A stretch of DNA of 64,000 bases from Lingula anatina (GCA_051362555.1 CM120641.1:8990001-9054000); one strand, 5' to 3'; positions 12,068 to 26,461 are shown, counted from the first letter of the stretch. Numbers and translations are program-made. Notes: generated by a model not told the origin, from the letters alone.

Positions 12068-12075
12068 TATTTATA
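12068..12075 (-). promoter_or_regulatory. TATA box of the secreted-protein gene
   Basis: TATAAATA on the minus strand, ~130 bp upstream of the 5'UTR exon donor at 11940/11939. Confidence 0.5.
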
Positions 12076-12719
12076 AACAGGGCAATGGTTTAACGCCAGT
12101 GTGTGGGTATTGGTTTTTCAACTTCATAAACTTTTTAAACTTTCCTCAAATATTTGTCAAACGTAAAAACTTTCAAAAATAAATAAAATAATAAACAGAA
12201 ACCCCTATTTCATTTCAGCATGCACAATGCCCGTTTGACAAACTTTAGCATTACATTTCCTCAATAAAATTCAATCAGACACAAAACTGAAGTTAATTTC
12301 CGAGGACTGTTAACGAAGTGACATAATTCAAAACTCACAACTAAAACGGATGACAAGTTAATAAATCAGATCAGTGAAAGCAATTATGATGTGTCAACGT
12401 CGGGGCAGACTTGCTTGGAAATGGTTCACCTAGTACAAATGATGACCGAGTGGCAGACCCCTCGAGGAGTAACTGCCTGCAGGGTTACATGTTACAGGAA
12501 GGATTTACGCTGCCTTGAGCCAACCACACGCCTTGTGTATTGTAGTTCGAGGCCACATATTATTGATCTTTCCAATTCGAGAATTCAATAGGTATTTCAC
12601 ACCCTTACTCTCGTTTCATCTTATAAGCAGTTTTTCTCTTCCCCATTATTTTAAATACTTGTAGTCAAACAATCTGAGGACATTCGTTGTAATAGAGGAC
12701 AGTTTTAAAACGCGTCTTA

Positions 12720-12933
12720 GACCCCATTCCCAGAGATTAGATCGATCCAAACTAGATCGACCTAACTCCCTGGGGGTTCACGATAAATAGCTGTCAGCCG
12801 AGCGGGCACGAAAGTTAATTAATCCCTTACAGCTTGTAGTAGGCGGGACGGACATTTAAGCCGGATTATCTGACAGTAATCTAGTGAGACTCCCCACAGG
12901 GATAGATCGGTCTAAATGTCTGGGAATACGCCC
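12720..12933. mobile_element. PIF/Harbinger-like (Tourist-type) MITE
   Basis: Imperfect ~30-bp TIRs (GACCCCATTCCCAGAGATTAGATCGATC vs reverse complement GGGCGTATTCCCAGACATTTAGACCGATC), flanked by TTA at 12717-12719 and 12934-12936. Confidence 0.65.
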
Positions 12934-15049
12934 TTAAATTCTTGAATTGTGTTAGAGATCCTTTGCACAAGTACCACGAAGATAAAAATGTCACAAATAT
13001 CACTTTTTTTTTTTTTCAACTGATTATCAAATAAAATGCCACATGCAATGAAAAATGCTCATTTATAATGACATGTAACTCGATGGCATTGATGGACGCT
13101 GAATTAATAGTACACAATTAATGAATTTATGTTGGTTATGTTGTATATCTAAGGTGACAGTCCACCATATGAATGATATTTATTAGACACACAGCATAGT
13201 GTACTGGAACCGATTTGGAAATAAGACTTTTCCATCTCCACCATGCTTTATATGAAATGTATGATTAGCTTCTCAAAATATACAATAATACATCACACTG
13301 CCTTAAAACACTGAAATGTGTTAATTAGTTTTTTTTTCACTGAAACATGCTCATTTGTCACATAGAAAAAAGACTTTCAAATTGTCCACATATCTCAAAG
13401 TCAATCCGTCTATAGTCTATTGAAGTCCCTACACAGAAGGTGTTCCTAAATGAAGTTATTCAAACTTAACCCCTACGGTACACATCCTGAATTATTTATA
13501 AATAATTAAAGCACCAGAAGAACTCAAACAATAATTTCAATTTCATAGTATATGCACTACAATAAACACATATGGACACAAACTATACTGACATCCCAAT
13601 GGAAAGTGCTGAAAATTAGTGAAAAAAGTTCATTCACAGCAAACAACACCATATTTAAAACAAAAATTTCTGGCATGTTTGAATTCATCCATTTTTCTGT
13701 TATCAGATTAGTATTACTTGAATAGTTTTCATGATAATAATACTGGGGGGGGGGGATTTAACTGGAAGAAATAACATGTTATCTGTCACATACACAGAAA
13801 TTCAAAATTAACAACTAAGTGTGAATGATAAAATGGTGCACTTTCTCTGCTGCTAGCCCCAATGTTTCTAATCTGTATTAAGTAAACAATCAATATCTAT
13901 GTCACATAAAATGCTGTTTTAAGAAAAGGAAAATTAAACTAAAAATCAGAGAACAAGCACCTCTTTAGCGCTAGTGTAATGCATTTCTTTCCTTGCTTTC
14001 CTTTATTGTAGGTTGTGTTCTTTTCTGTATAACAGATGACAAAGCTCTTTTGACAGAATTACCCTTTTCCCTGTTCATAACAAAATTGCAAACCTTTCAC
14101 CTCCAACCTGATCTTTTGTCAGTTAAGTCTAAGATGGGAATCAAGATCTAGGTGCAAATAAGTCAGTTAAACAGATCTCTAAACAGGACTTTGATGCAAC
14201 ATTTCATACTACAGGTACATATTAAGCTTTCCTAAGTTCTTAAAACTGGCTGAAACAATTTAACAAAATGTTGCGACTTTTAAGGTGGTTTCATAATCTA
14301 ATTAAGAGACCAAAGATTCATAAGCAACAGACATCAACATAAACAAATGATTATTAGCAGATCCATCATAAAATTTATTCCTACTTCTGACCTCCAATTA
14401 AGTCTTGCAATTTACATGTAGGAGTAAGCATGTGAATGAACCCTTCATGAGAGAGTAGAGTTCACAGTTTACCAATCCCCCACCTCCTTCTCAACCTCTT
14501 GAGTAACAGCACTTACAGAAATTCAGACAAAGTTCAATTTACCAAAGTGAAAACATCCATTGCTCTGAAGCCAAAAAATCTTTTGTGTTCTGAGAGCAGA
14601 CATCCGCAGCAAAAGATAATTTTGTGACACTTCTCTGTGACCAGATAATAACCAGCTGCCAGAGGAGATGGGCAACACATACATATAAATATATATATAT
14701 GAAACAATACACTGCTCTCACACTTGAGGTCTGGTAACTCTCTCATTTGTTTCCATTCTGCGTCAGTGCTTCCATGCATACACACAGAAAAGTGTCCTCT
14801 TTTGACTTCAAACCACAAAAAATGTCCCTTCATCAATATTGTACAGTTTCTCATCAATTCCAAATACATGTTGTTTTCTGTGTTTGTACTTCCTCTAGAG
14901 ATAAAACAAACACTTTATCTCCTTATTGACTGTAAACTTTACACAGTTTATGCCAGTTTTCAGTACTGTCTCCAAAAATAATGAACAGCTCGAACAAGAT
15001 TGAACACACGGCGCCATTTTGATCGTACCTGCGATGAATGCAGTAATTG

Positions 15050-18000
15050 TCACATTCTAGAGCCTTTCTGTTGAAGAACCTGTAAAAATCAAAAAGGGTG
15101 TTCAAATACTGCACAAGTAACAAACCAAATTTGTAGAACTTAATATTTACTCTTAGTTTACTGCTACAGGACAGGTTTTCATCCTCTGATATATAACAGA
15201 AACAAATCATGTTAAATGTGAAATGGACTAACTGCTGTTCTCACTCAAATATACTGCTTAATATAAGACCTATAAACCAAAGAAGCACTAAATGTCTTTA
15301 TGTAATGGGTTGGTCTGGTGACTTTTTTTTTCTGTACATTAAAGTTCTGATGTGAACACTGTCAAATTTCAATAAAAGGCAACAGGAAGTTGCCAGCATG
15401 TAATATGATACAATGAAAGTAATGAGCACTTCCTTATTACCTTCCTAAAAATCAATAAGTAGCCAATATAAACACAAAATGTATTAAATTATATTCAGTG
15501 AAAAAAAGGCATTAAAGAATTTCAAAATAAGTAAATTACATTGAATTTGATATAAACTGACAAAGATGTTTCATTCCATCAGTATCGTTAAATGACACAA
15601 ATTATTTTTTTCAGCATAATCCCAATTAACTTTGGTTTCCATTACAATTTATTGAAGAAATCTCACCCGTGCCCTGTCCGTTGATTCTTCTCCATTCATT
15701 ATATTTGGACATTCTTTTGAAACTACACACAGAAACTCTGCATGGTCTTCACTGCCATAGTTGTAGGAGGAACCAATGTTGATCAGCTAAGACAACAAAA
15801 TAATCAATCAAATGTATAGTGAAATTTTAACAATAATAAAAATGATTTATAACAGCAATTATAATAACCCTTTAAAATGTACATCTCTAAACCTAAGAAG
15901 AAAATCAATTTCACTCCTTTATTTCCAAAGACACATCAATTCTTAGCTAATCATTATGGAGGTGTATGTGAAAGAAATCTACGTGAGTCAACTTTTTGCA
16001 GTTTACCACCATTCAGTAATTTGGTAGTATGTCTGGGCTATAGCTTCAACACTGAGATGCTTAAATATATACCTGTTCAAATTTCCAGCCATCTGACATT
16101 GTAGAGACCATTTGTGTCAATTCTTCCTCAGAAAATTGTAAAACTCGATATACATTCTTAATATGTGTCTGAAAATTAAAGACAAATATTTTAATGTATA
16201 TGAAACGAAACCTATGCTGTCTTAAAGCAACAGATTAGAAAAATCTTTTATGTACCCAGGTAGTTTTTTATCCATAGTGTTGACTTTCTCTTTGAAACTT
16301 CAGTCCTATTTGAATTAACTTGAGGAAATAAACCTGAGTCTGCTTAAGTCAATCAAAACATTTATTGGGTTATTCTGAGTTTGAAAGTTGGGATAGTGAA
16401 TTACTGAACAATAGTTGAGGATTTGAGGAAATTTAATGACTTTCTGTTCCCAAAATCCTGCAAGGTTCTACCTAAACTAGAAATTAGATATTAATAATGG
16501 TAATCAGGTTAATATTTTAAAATATTGGTGCTATATTGTTCATTGTTAAGAGAGGAATAAGCAATAAAATATAAAAACTGTGTAGGGGAATAAGGGAACT
16601 AATCATCCAATTATACCTGAAGATATCAAATTAACACTGAAGCCCTGCAGTTATAAAACCCTATACTCACCTTTGCACAAAAACATATAATTCACTTTTA
16701 CTCACCTGGTTCTGCTTTGCATCCCTTTCACGTATTTTGTCTTTAACTAATTTGATAAGTTCTGTAATATTATAAAATTCTGCCTCTTCTAAAACTCCTA
16801 AAATAAGATATAAAGGGCGTTAATATTGAACATTAAAAAAAGGTTTACAGACGAACATTCATAAGATGTAAAGAATAATTTTGCTTGTTCTTATAATAAT
16901 ATTAATATTGCTATCCTTTTGCATCAAATTTTGAATCGAATTCCGCCCTTCAGCAAATAGTTTTATTGACAAACTTTAATGACAAGTAACACTTTAAACA
17001 TAAGCTTATACATTCTGGTTTCATATGCAATTTTCCAATAAATATATATATATATATAAAAAGAGAGAAATAACTGAAAATATTTTTTTTAAATAATGAA
17101 TAAAAATTCCAAAATTAAAACAGACAGCAAACAACAATTACTAAAATAATTTTTTAATCCTATATAAAAAAAATAACCTTGTTTTCCCTTGGGAAAAATA
17201 ATAAAATTACCTTCTTCTGCTAAATCTTTATTCATAACCAACCTTCCATGCCGTAGATAATTTAACACAGGACCAAAATATGTGGGGTCTCTGTCAATTA
17301 GGTAGGCACCTTCGTCATCCTTAAAAACAAAAACAAAAAACTTAAAAACACTGGATAACAAATACTAAATGAAGTTCCTCAAGTTTCACTTGCACAATTT
17401 TACATGATAATGCTGTTTTTAAAACATGTATAAAAATGTTTATTCAATTCCATATTAATTAAAAACAGAAAGCCAAGCAGACCTAGGCTGCAAGTATTTA
17501 ATGGGTTAACATTAAATGCCATCTAAAAGATGCATACTTAAATCAATATATACTGCCATATTCACCCATTGAGTAAACATTTATAAATAATGACTGGAGA
17601 GGTAAACAGACATGATGTAAAACTTCCCACAGCTAAGCCATAACTTGTCTAGAAAAATCTGCAGTAAGCTGTTCAATCTCTGCATACAGTAAAAGGTGCT
17701 GTAAATATGTGGTTACCGTGACCTACTATGATTTATCTGTCCATTAAGGAACGTAATAGTACACCTGACACCCGAACAAGCATTCAATTGTCATGAACTT
17801 AAAACTTGAAAATGTAATACATCTCTTGGATGAACCATATTTATAACTTTCCAACTTCAAGTGACAAACCAGTGCCAGCATCTTGCATATTTTAAGGCCT
17901 GCTTGCATCACCAGCTGTACAAAGCATGAAAGAAAAATTCTAAGGGAAATTGCGTGATAAAAAGTAAAGTAAATCTTTTAGAATATCAAAACAACTGTTT

Positions 18001-20632
18001 GCCCTATGCAACTAGTTTGATGAAAAAAGACCAAACTTCTGAGACATTTTTGGCAAAGTGAGGTGACCAAGTGGGGCGAAATATACACTTATGCAATAAT
18101 ACCAAAACTGTTTATTTTGAAGTCACCTATCAATTTGTGACTGGCATTTGCTCAATAACAAGGACACCAGCTCAAAACATTCCATATATCTATGAGCTAG
18201 CATGTTTTTCTTGGTGTTGTCCCTTTAATTACCATTATGGCAACTGGACCCCTTAGGCACACACACATGACATGTTATTTCCTGTACATTCTACATGTAC
18301 ATTTGTGATAGCGGCCATGAATTTGCAAGCATGCTAATGTTTCACATGTCACTTTATTTTCTGTGAATGGTATAAAAATCCGAGTGGTATTTGAATTTAA
18401 TTTTTTTTGGTACAAAACAAAATGAAGTTATGGAACATGAGTCTGCCTCATATGAAACAACTTAGAGATAAAACAATTACATGGTTATACACTAAACTCC
18501 CATGTAAAAAACTATAGATTTGGTATCCTAACCCTACAACATTAGCTGCCACTGGTGTCTTAGGGCTGAATAAGTGAATCCAATACAGGCAAAATTTATA
18601 TTCCCTGAGAGTATTGCAAGACACTCCATTTTAAGTGGTGATCAATAACTATTACAAGATTTGATACCCATTAAATACTAAACCATGAACAGAGGTAAAG
18701 TCTAAAAGCCTGTGAGGATGGAGATACACAGGGAATCAATAATTACAACCAGTTTGAACTCGCAAAGCAATTCGGAGTGAAGAGTCAGTAAAACAGACTA
18801 CTTGCTGGGTTGGGTATTTAAACACACCTTTTCAATCAATTCTGTCCTAACACCTTTCTTGTCAAGTGTGTGTTTCATATAGGCAAGCAAGAAAACCATG
18901 ACTAGCAAGCACTTCAATATCTGATATAAATGGTATATATTCCAAATATTATCTTGTTGACAGCTTGATAAAGCTGATGCAATTCAAAAGATGTTTCCAC
19001 TGGTCACCTATCTACAATAAGTTCAATAACCTAAATTTTTGCAGAACACCTGCTTTCAGACTCACTACAGCTAAGATAAAAGCTATGACACAAAAGCGAT
19101 TTCTCTCACATTCCAAATTCACAAATTCTGGCAAATTACTATAGTCTTATTAGTGAAAACATATCTGTAGTTACAGATGCTCTATAACTGTGAAACATTG
19201 AATCTGTCAGCTTAATTATTTGTCTTCATAAAACTGCAACAATGCCACTTGTCAAACATACCCACAAAATATAAATAAATAAATGCAATGAATTTCCGGT
19301 GGGAAAGGTGTGTTATTGCTACTATTTGCATTTGGTTCAAACTAACTTGCAAAACACATCACTGTATAAATATAGGTACATTCCTTCAGGCCAACACAAA
19401 TGAAAAAGGGCCAAAGAAACTTTAAATTTCAATATATGTTATATTATATTTCAATATAATATATCAAACATAGTTCACTGTAATCTGATGAAATTACATT
19501 TAATGCTTTTACTTGGTATTGCTTTTTATTTATTAAGGTAATGGCTCAATGGCTTTATGTAACTTCTCTGTACATAATATAAAAATTGTACTTCAAAAAT
19601 ACAATACCAGATTAAAGCATTTGAAGTTCTACTGAATATCTATTGGAAAAGGTGATAAAAGGATCTTTTGCACAGTTGTCTTCAGCTTTCAGCCTACTTT
19701 TCTATTATACAACTTGTCCCAAGCTCTAACTGGGATGTTTCTTGAAATGAAATATCATTGTGTTCTCCTATGCCCCAACCACTATACATTTTCTAAACTA
19801 TGCAGAACCCCAATGTGTTGTATACCAAGTAAATTCCGATGCAACTTCTTCAAAATGTTTTATGTGACCCCAATGGTATGGAATGTTGGACCATCCCGCT
19901 TGAAAATGTATCATTTGAAGAGAGACTGTGACAGTCTGGAAGAAGGCCATCCCATAATTTAAACTTAAATTGCTAAACTCTGATATCACCTTTTTGCACA
20001 ATCATTTTTTTCTACTGAATTCGACAAGAATATTACAAAAGTAATTAAACCACACCTTTAAAGTGCCTGATGCCATGACATTTTTAGTGAAGTTTTATTG
20101 AATTAATGGGAACACTTTTTGAGCAAATAAAAAATTGAAGTGGTCTTTTTTTTTTTCGATAATCATATCAGGCCTCCATTTATTAAATTTCATTGTCAAG
20201 ACTAATCCTTTTGATTTTAGCTTTAAGTTAATATAAAAAATGGTATATAGTGAACATATGAATCAGTTACAAAACTTCTTCACAGTCGTCATTTAGCCAC
20301 TTAATATCCACTTTTTTGTAGCAAATTTACTTCAAACAAAAATGTGGTCCATACATATAGAAGTTTCAAACTGACCCAAAGTTATATTTTTTAGGTCTAC
20401 ATATCCAGCTGAACTACTTATCTTCCCTAATTCAGACCTTAAAAACGATGCAAGCCTACAAATAAAAGCACCTGATGATTTTTTTTCTGATGTGAACAAG
20501 AACACATGGCTTTTTAATTGCTACGGGAAGCATTTAGAATTATTAGAATTATTTAATTAAAATATTTAATATATAATACCAAATCCAAGTGCACAGAGGA
20601 GAGGTTGGACCAGGGTCGAGCAATGATTCATG

Positions 20633-20683
<51 letters not shown>

Positions 20684-21736
20684 TTTGCAAGGAAAATTCT
20701 AGTTGCAAACCTTTAACTATGTCCTGGTGTCTCACAAAAAAAAAATGTTGGTACCTGACAAATAGTAAAAAATTCTACGTGAACATATATTCCCTGGCAT
20801 GTTTACTCCTCACACGACATCAATATATCAGCATCAATCATACTAACACTTTAAAGTTTACACCTGCTTCTTGTCACTCTGAAACACATGATGTTCAAAG
20901 AATCCCTCAGCTGCAAGCTTTCACGCATTTTGTTCAGCACCAGTCTAATTAAATGAGCAGAAATCTGAGGTCGAGTAGTTTCTTTCAAACATTACAACAG
21001 ACCCACCTCTGAACAAGTCAAAGCACATTATTGTCAAGTTGTTCAGGAGTGACATTAGCAAAACTAGTCTGAATGCATTTTTCTCTCATCTGATCTAGCA
21101 ATTATACCCAACTTAAAACATAGATTTTGGACAATGCTATCATGTGAAATATCTGAGAATAATCAAACATGTTTTTATTTTCAAAGAAGTAAGTGAAGTT
21201 CTACAAACATTTGTGATTACAAGATTGGCAATCATTTATCAATATCCCAGCTCTTTGCATCTTTACCTCACTGGTATACTGACATAATCTAATAGGAAGG
21301 GAGATAGCTTTTTTTTTTAATCTACTAGTAACTAGTAAGCATTTTATTTTTAGAATGAATGGGTATTACACCCTATACGATAGATATGAAAAATATTCCA
21401 TGATACTTGATTTCCACGCCATATCACAATCAATGTGCCATTTAAAACTGCATGCCGGATTCGAAAACCTTTAACAAGAATCACCACATCTCTCCTCCGA
21501 TGCAAGTAGGAAGCAAGCAGAAAGTTGCACCGATGAACACACACCTTATCTGTATTTAAATCTGGGTCGTCCTGGATCAACCTGAATAGAAATGATTTGG
21601 GATCACGACATAGCGTAGTCCTTGTTGTCATAAAAACTGTTCCTCCAACGTTTAGTTTGATCCAACTGTTTTTGCGTGATAAATTATCAGGTTTTCCTCG
21701 ACAATGATTTACTTCCATCTTCTCCTCGCCAGCCAT
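15050..21736 (-). CDS. KCTD5: BTB/POZ domain protein of the KCTD2/KCTD5/KCTD17 family (Cullin3 adaptor; insomniac orthologue), ~212 aa
   Basis: Six phase-consistent exons: 21545-21736, 17211-17319, 16706-16797, 16073-16168, 15667-15786, 15050-15079. Motifs [69 protein letters not shown] and terminal LQQKGSRM. Confidence 0.95.
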
Positions 21737-21739
21737 GAT

Positions 21740-21987
21740 TACAAACATAACATCTATATGAGATTTTGATTGAATGTTTTTATCAAAATTTTAGTACAAA
21801 CCTAAATAAAAACAAATTCTATGGAAGAAATAATTCCAAAATACATAAATAAAAAGCATAGAACCTCTGTTTTCTAAAAAAATTGGAAGTCCCGTTCAAA
21901 CGTTGCAGCTATTGGAGACATTTCGGCAGCCATCTTGGTTTCAAAGTTTGGTCGTGTAAGTAGTTCGGCTTCAGGTTTGCAGCCACT
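21740..21987. promoter_or_regulatory. Bidirectional promoter/5'UTR region between KCTD and ATP5PD
   Basis: Divergent ATGs only ~250 bp apart. Locally CpG-rich, with a YY1-type motif CAAGATGGCTGCCG on the minus strand at ~21924-21937. Confidence 0.7.
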
Positions 21988-24900
21988 ATGACGGCAAAAC
22001 GACTCACGACAACATCTATAAATTGGGCTCTGCTTGGAGACAAGATGTCCAAGTATGGGTCTAAAGGCACAGATTACGTCAGGGCATTTAAACAAGTCAA
22101 TGACAAGCATCTTGTAAGGTAAATACCGTGAATTTTTAGTTATTAGTTTCCGACTTTTGCAGGTGGGGATTTGCCGACATTGCTATGACCATTCTTGTGT
22201 GTGATCGTAATTACAGAAATAATGTTTAGTGTCACTTATATTTCTCTTAAAAAGGACAATAATAATTCGTATCCAACATCATGAGAAATGTTATAGCTGG
22301 CATTATTTATAGTACTACCGATAAGACCCGAATCATGGTATAATTACACTGTACAGTAAACGCCATCACTTCCATTATCGTGGAAAAAATTTTGTTTTGT
22401 CTCTGTTTTTGGCTTGTTGATAGCTGTAAGAAGTTATTGTAGTGGAAAAACATGTACCATCTGAACACTCTGACATGAAGTACATACAATTAAATATAAG
22501 TGTAACATTCATAGAAGCATCTTCACTTATGTCAGTGAGTTTCTTTTTGAGAGTTTTGTTAAATTTGTAAAATCACATAAAATGACCTATTGTGTTAGGT
22601 CAAACTAGGTTACATATTCAGGCCTACCCAACTCCCAGACTTGGCACCGAATGATCCTGAATTCACTGGTAGGTCAGACCACACTACCCTTATTTAAGGT
22701 GTGTGTCAGTACACATTTCACAGTATCATACTCCGGTTTACAAATTTTGACATGAGATGCATTTCTTTCCAACCCCGCTCAGAATCATTCTATCACATCT
22801 TGTACTAAGCAAGAGCAGTGTCGCGTCTGATACTTTGAAGCGCGTACTGATGCAGATCTTGAAAATGCTGTGTGGCTAAATTGCGCAATACAGCACAACA
22901 CGGTGCGATACACTTGAAAAATCAAATCCAGTTACAATTACACAAAAGAAATGGCCATTCCTTAGAGTGATATAAAAACAACCTATATTACTAGGTAAGT
23001 AATATCGTTGATATAACTTAACAAATCAGCAAGACTTTCATATCGTCCAGTCGGCGAGTGGCTCTTCTTGGATATATTACTGGCCAAGAAGAGTTACTTG
23101 CCAACATGGCGACTGACCAAACAATGAAAAAATTGTCCCGATTTATTAAGTTGTATCAGCAATTTTAATTACTATGTACTATATTTTGCTTTTATATCAC
23201 CCTATTTTGTTTGAGATTACCCTTTCCCGTGTTTACTTGCAACTGGACTTGTATTATCAAGTGCATTGCGCTGTGTTGCGCTGTATTGTGGTGTATTGCA
23301 CAATTCTGCCATACCCTTTTTCAAGTCAACTACCCCTGGCCAATTATAAGAACTGATTTCATTTCTTAAAAGCAACAAAAATTATACTTTTTGATATTTC
23401 GGTTTATGTCTGCCTCCATGTGCACATTGCCAATGTATTCCATGTATAGAAAAGTCATATGACTAACAAAATGGAAGCTCAGCTTGTGCTTATTTCCAAA
23501 ATCAAAATGTTTGCCAAACCTACAAAATTCTTAAACCTTTTGCTGTAAGAAAATTTGTTTGAAGAGGAAATAAAAATCAAACACAACACAGTCAGAAACA
23601 ACCTGGTTTAAAGTAAGTGATAGGTAGACTGTACAACTGCATTTCTATCTGAGCTAGCTCTTTCAAATTCAATTTTCATTTCCACAACAATCAGTGTATG
23701 AAGTTTTAAAGCCAACACTGTGTTGGTACGACAAAAAAAGAAAAAAAAAATTCATACATGCAGTGTGTCCTGTGTCTCATCTAATAAATTAAGCATCGGA
23801 AAAACAACAGGAAATAAACAAAAAGTGTTGAACATGGGTTGCTGTCAAAAATGTGTCCTGCAACATAAGATTAAACTGTTGACTTTTGTTTTCTTATCCA
23901 CTACAAACGATGTGCTTATGTTTGAAACTTAACAAAAAAATAAGTCCAAAAATGAGTATTTTTTTCAATTTTACTTCTGAAAGTAACCTGTTATATATTT
24001 TTAGAGTAAGCAGCCTTCCAGAAAGTATGCCAGAAATCGACTTCAATTACTACAAGGAAAATGTTGCTCTTCCAGGATTTGTGGAGAAACTAGAAAAAGA
24101 GGTATCTCAATAAAAAAAACTGTGTAATACTGTCATTAATGTTCACAGAAATTTAATGTTTTTTGATTGTTATAATTTTTTTTCTGCTAATTTTTGCCAC
24201 TGTTGATTTAATCATATTGTAGATATATTAGTCACAAAGTTTAACCTGTATGTTGCCTTTTCTGCTAGTTGTATAATATTTTTATTTTACCACATTTTTA
24301 AATTGCTAGTTGCTAGATATTTTCATCCATAATTGAAAGTTGTCTCTTTGCTGATGACTATAAATGCTTAACCTTTTTAGTATAAGGCTCTGAAAATACC
24401 GTATCCCGAAGACAGACACAATGTTTTGGAGACAATTTCTAAGAATGAAGCAAAATCTGTAAGTACAGGATTTACTCATTCAATAGAAAGAAATGATAGA
24501 TATTTAGACTATCAGGTAGATAAATAAATAAGGTACCGTTAAAAAGAAATAACACTGAATAAAATAAAGGTACATGCAACAGAAAATATTGAGTAAAATC
24601 TCTCTCTTTTAAAACCACTTTTTGTGTTTGAATATTAACATTTTGAATATGCTGTAATATTCCACCAAGTTTAAAACATTCTGTGTTGTTTTCTCAAAAA
24701 AATAATAGTAATTAAAAAAAAAGATAAAAGATTCACTGATTAATTCAGTTGTTTACGATATATTAGGTCATTTAAATGAGTAATTTGCCTTTCAGAAAGC
24801 TGATATAGAAAAATTACAAAAGGTTGCGGATGCATTTATATACCAAGCAGAAAGAGATGTGGGTATATGGTTAAATTACAGTTTTTTTATTATTCCTTTT

Positions 24901-26461
24901 TTATGTACAGATACAGATGTGTCCGTACATATAGCCGTCACCTGCTTCTGTTGTCGCCATGCACTTTCACCGATAACACAATAAGTGGAAAACTGTTTCA
25001 CCGTTTGGCTTTAAACTTACAGAACGGATGAATATTCATAAAACGCAGGTCAAGTTTGAAAATCAGCATGATCCAGCCATGTCTTCCAAAGTTGTGCTGT
25101 TTTTTCACTTTTATCAGTATATGTGCAACACTGACAACACGATAAGTGGAAAACCATTTTATCTTTTGGCTTGAAACTTACAGAACTAATGAATATTCAT
25201 TAAACGCAGGTCGAGTTCGAAAATCAGCATTACCGGGCCATTGTTTCAAAAGTGATGCTGGGTTTTTTTTTTTTTTTTTAAGCATATGTGCAACACTGAT
25301 AACACATTTCAAGGAAAACCAATCGACCTATTGTCTTGAAATTCACAGGTGTGATCAGTTTTGATGAAGTTATGCCTTTTTTGTATATAAGTGGTTTTTA
25401 CTCAGATTTAATTCTCAGGCATGTTTACAGTCTCCTTATTGAACTAATTAGGTATGTAAAAGTGTTCTTTTGACATTTTCTGCATGTTTACAATATTGGT
25501 AATTGGTTATAAAAATAAACCTGTTTTTGTGTATTGTGTAATAAAGAGATAAAATGGAAATAAACTCATATCATTGCAATTTGTCAGATTCAATCATTCA
25601 CTATTTTTAGAATCTCAGAATGGATCAAACTGGACACTGAAAATTGTTCTATTGATATTTTTCCTATGTCAGCAATTTTCTTACTTGATCATATAAAAAT
25701 GACAGTCAATTGAATATTTTATGTGAAAAAGGTGTTGATAAGGAAATAAACAGATTTCAGTACAGTTAGCTCTTGTTTACATTTGGCATTTTCAAGGTGT
25801 GATTCTGAACTTCCATGGGCTTTTGCTAGTCACATTTTCTGAATATCCATGATACTTTTATTTTATTATTAAAAGTTGATGGTGGTAATGCTGTTAAACA
25901 TTATGTAATATTGCATCAAAATTGAAGAAAACCCTATTTTGGGCACTGCCTTCATAGTGACCATTAAAGGAAAACCATGGCACTTACTCTTCTCACAGTT
26001 ACAGGAAAGAAACGTGAGACTAAAATGTAGCCGAGTTGGAAAAGCAGTTAAATTGGCTTCTTTTTCTGTTGTACATTTTTGTCAAATTTTTATCTTTCAC
26101 ATATTAGCATTTTCAATGTGGGACTTAGAACTCACACGGGCATGTAGCCCAGTGGAAGTCAAATTTTCTAAATGTCCATGTGAAGCTGGCATGCCAGAAT
26201 CCTAAGCCGCTTAAGCTGAAAGCAATTTAGTGAGAAACCCTTTGGAGATGGATCGATCCTGTTAGATTGATCTAGGTATGGGAACCCAGTCTAATGCTTA
26301 TTACACATTTTACTTTCATCCTTATTAACTGTTGTGCAGAATTAAAATTTGACCTTGGCTATGCAGTTAAGAATAATGCATTATTGCATCAGAATTGACA
26401 GTATCCTATTTTGTGCATTTTTATTTTCTGCTTTTTGTTGGTACATTTGACAGCTTTGCTG

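Noticed and set aside
20636-20679. Long poly(A) tract as a retrocopy tail
   Set aside because: There is no recognisable upstream SINE/LINE body or TSD. It is treated as a simple homopolymer, as is the poly(T) at ~60932-60954.
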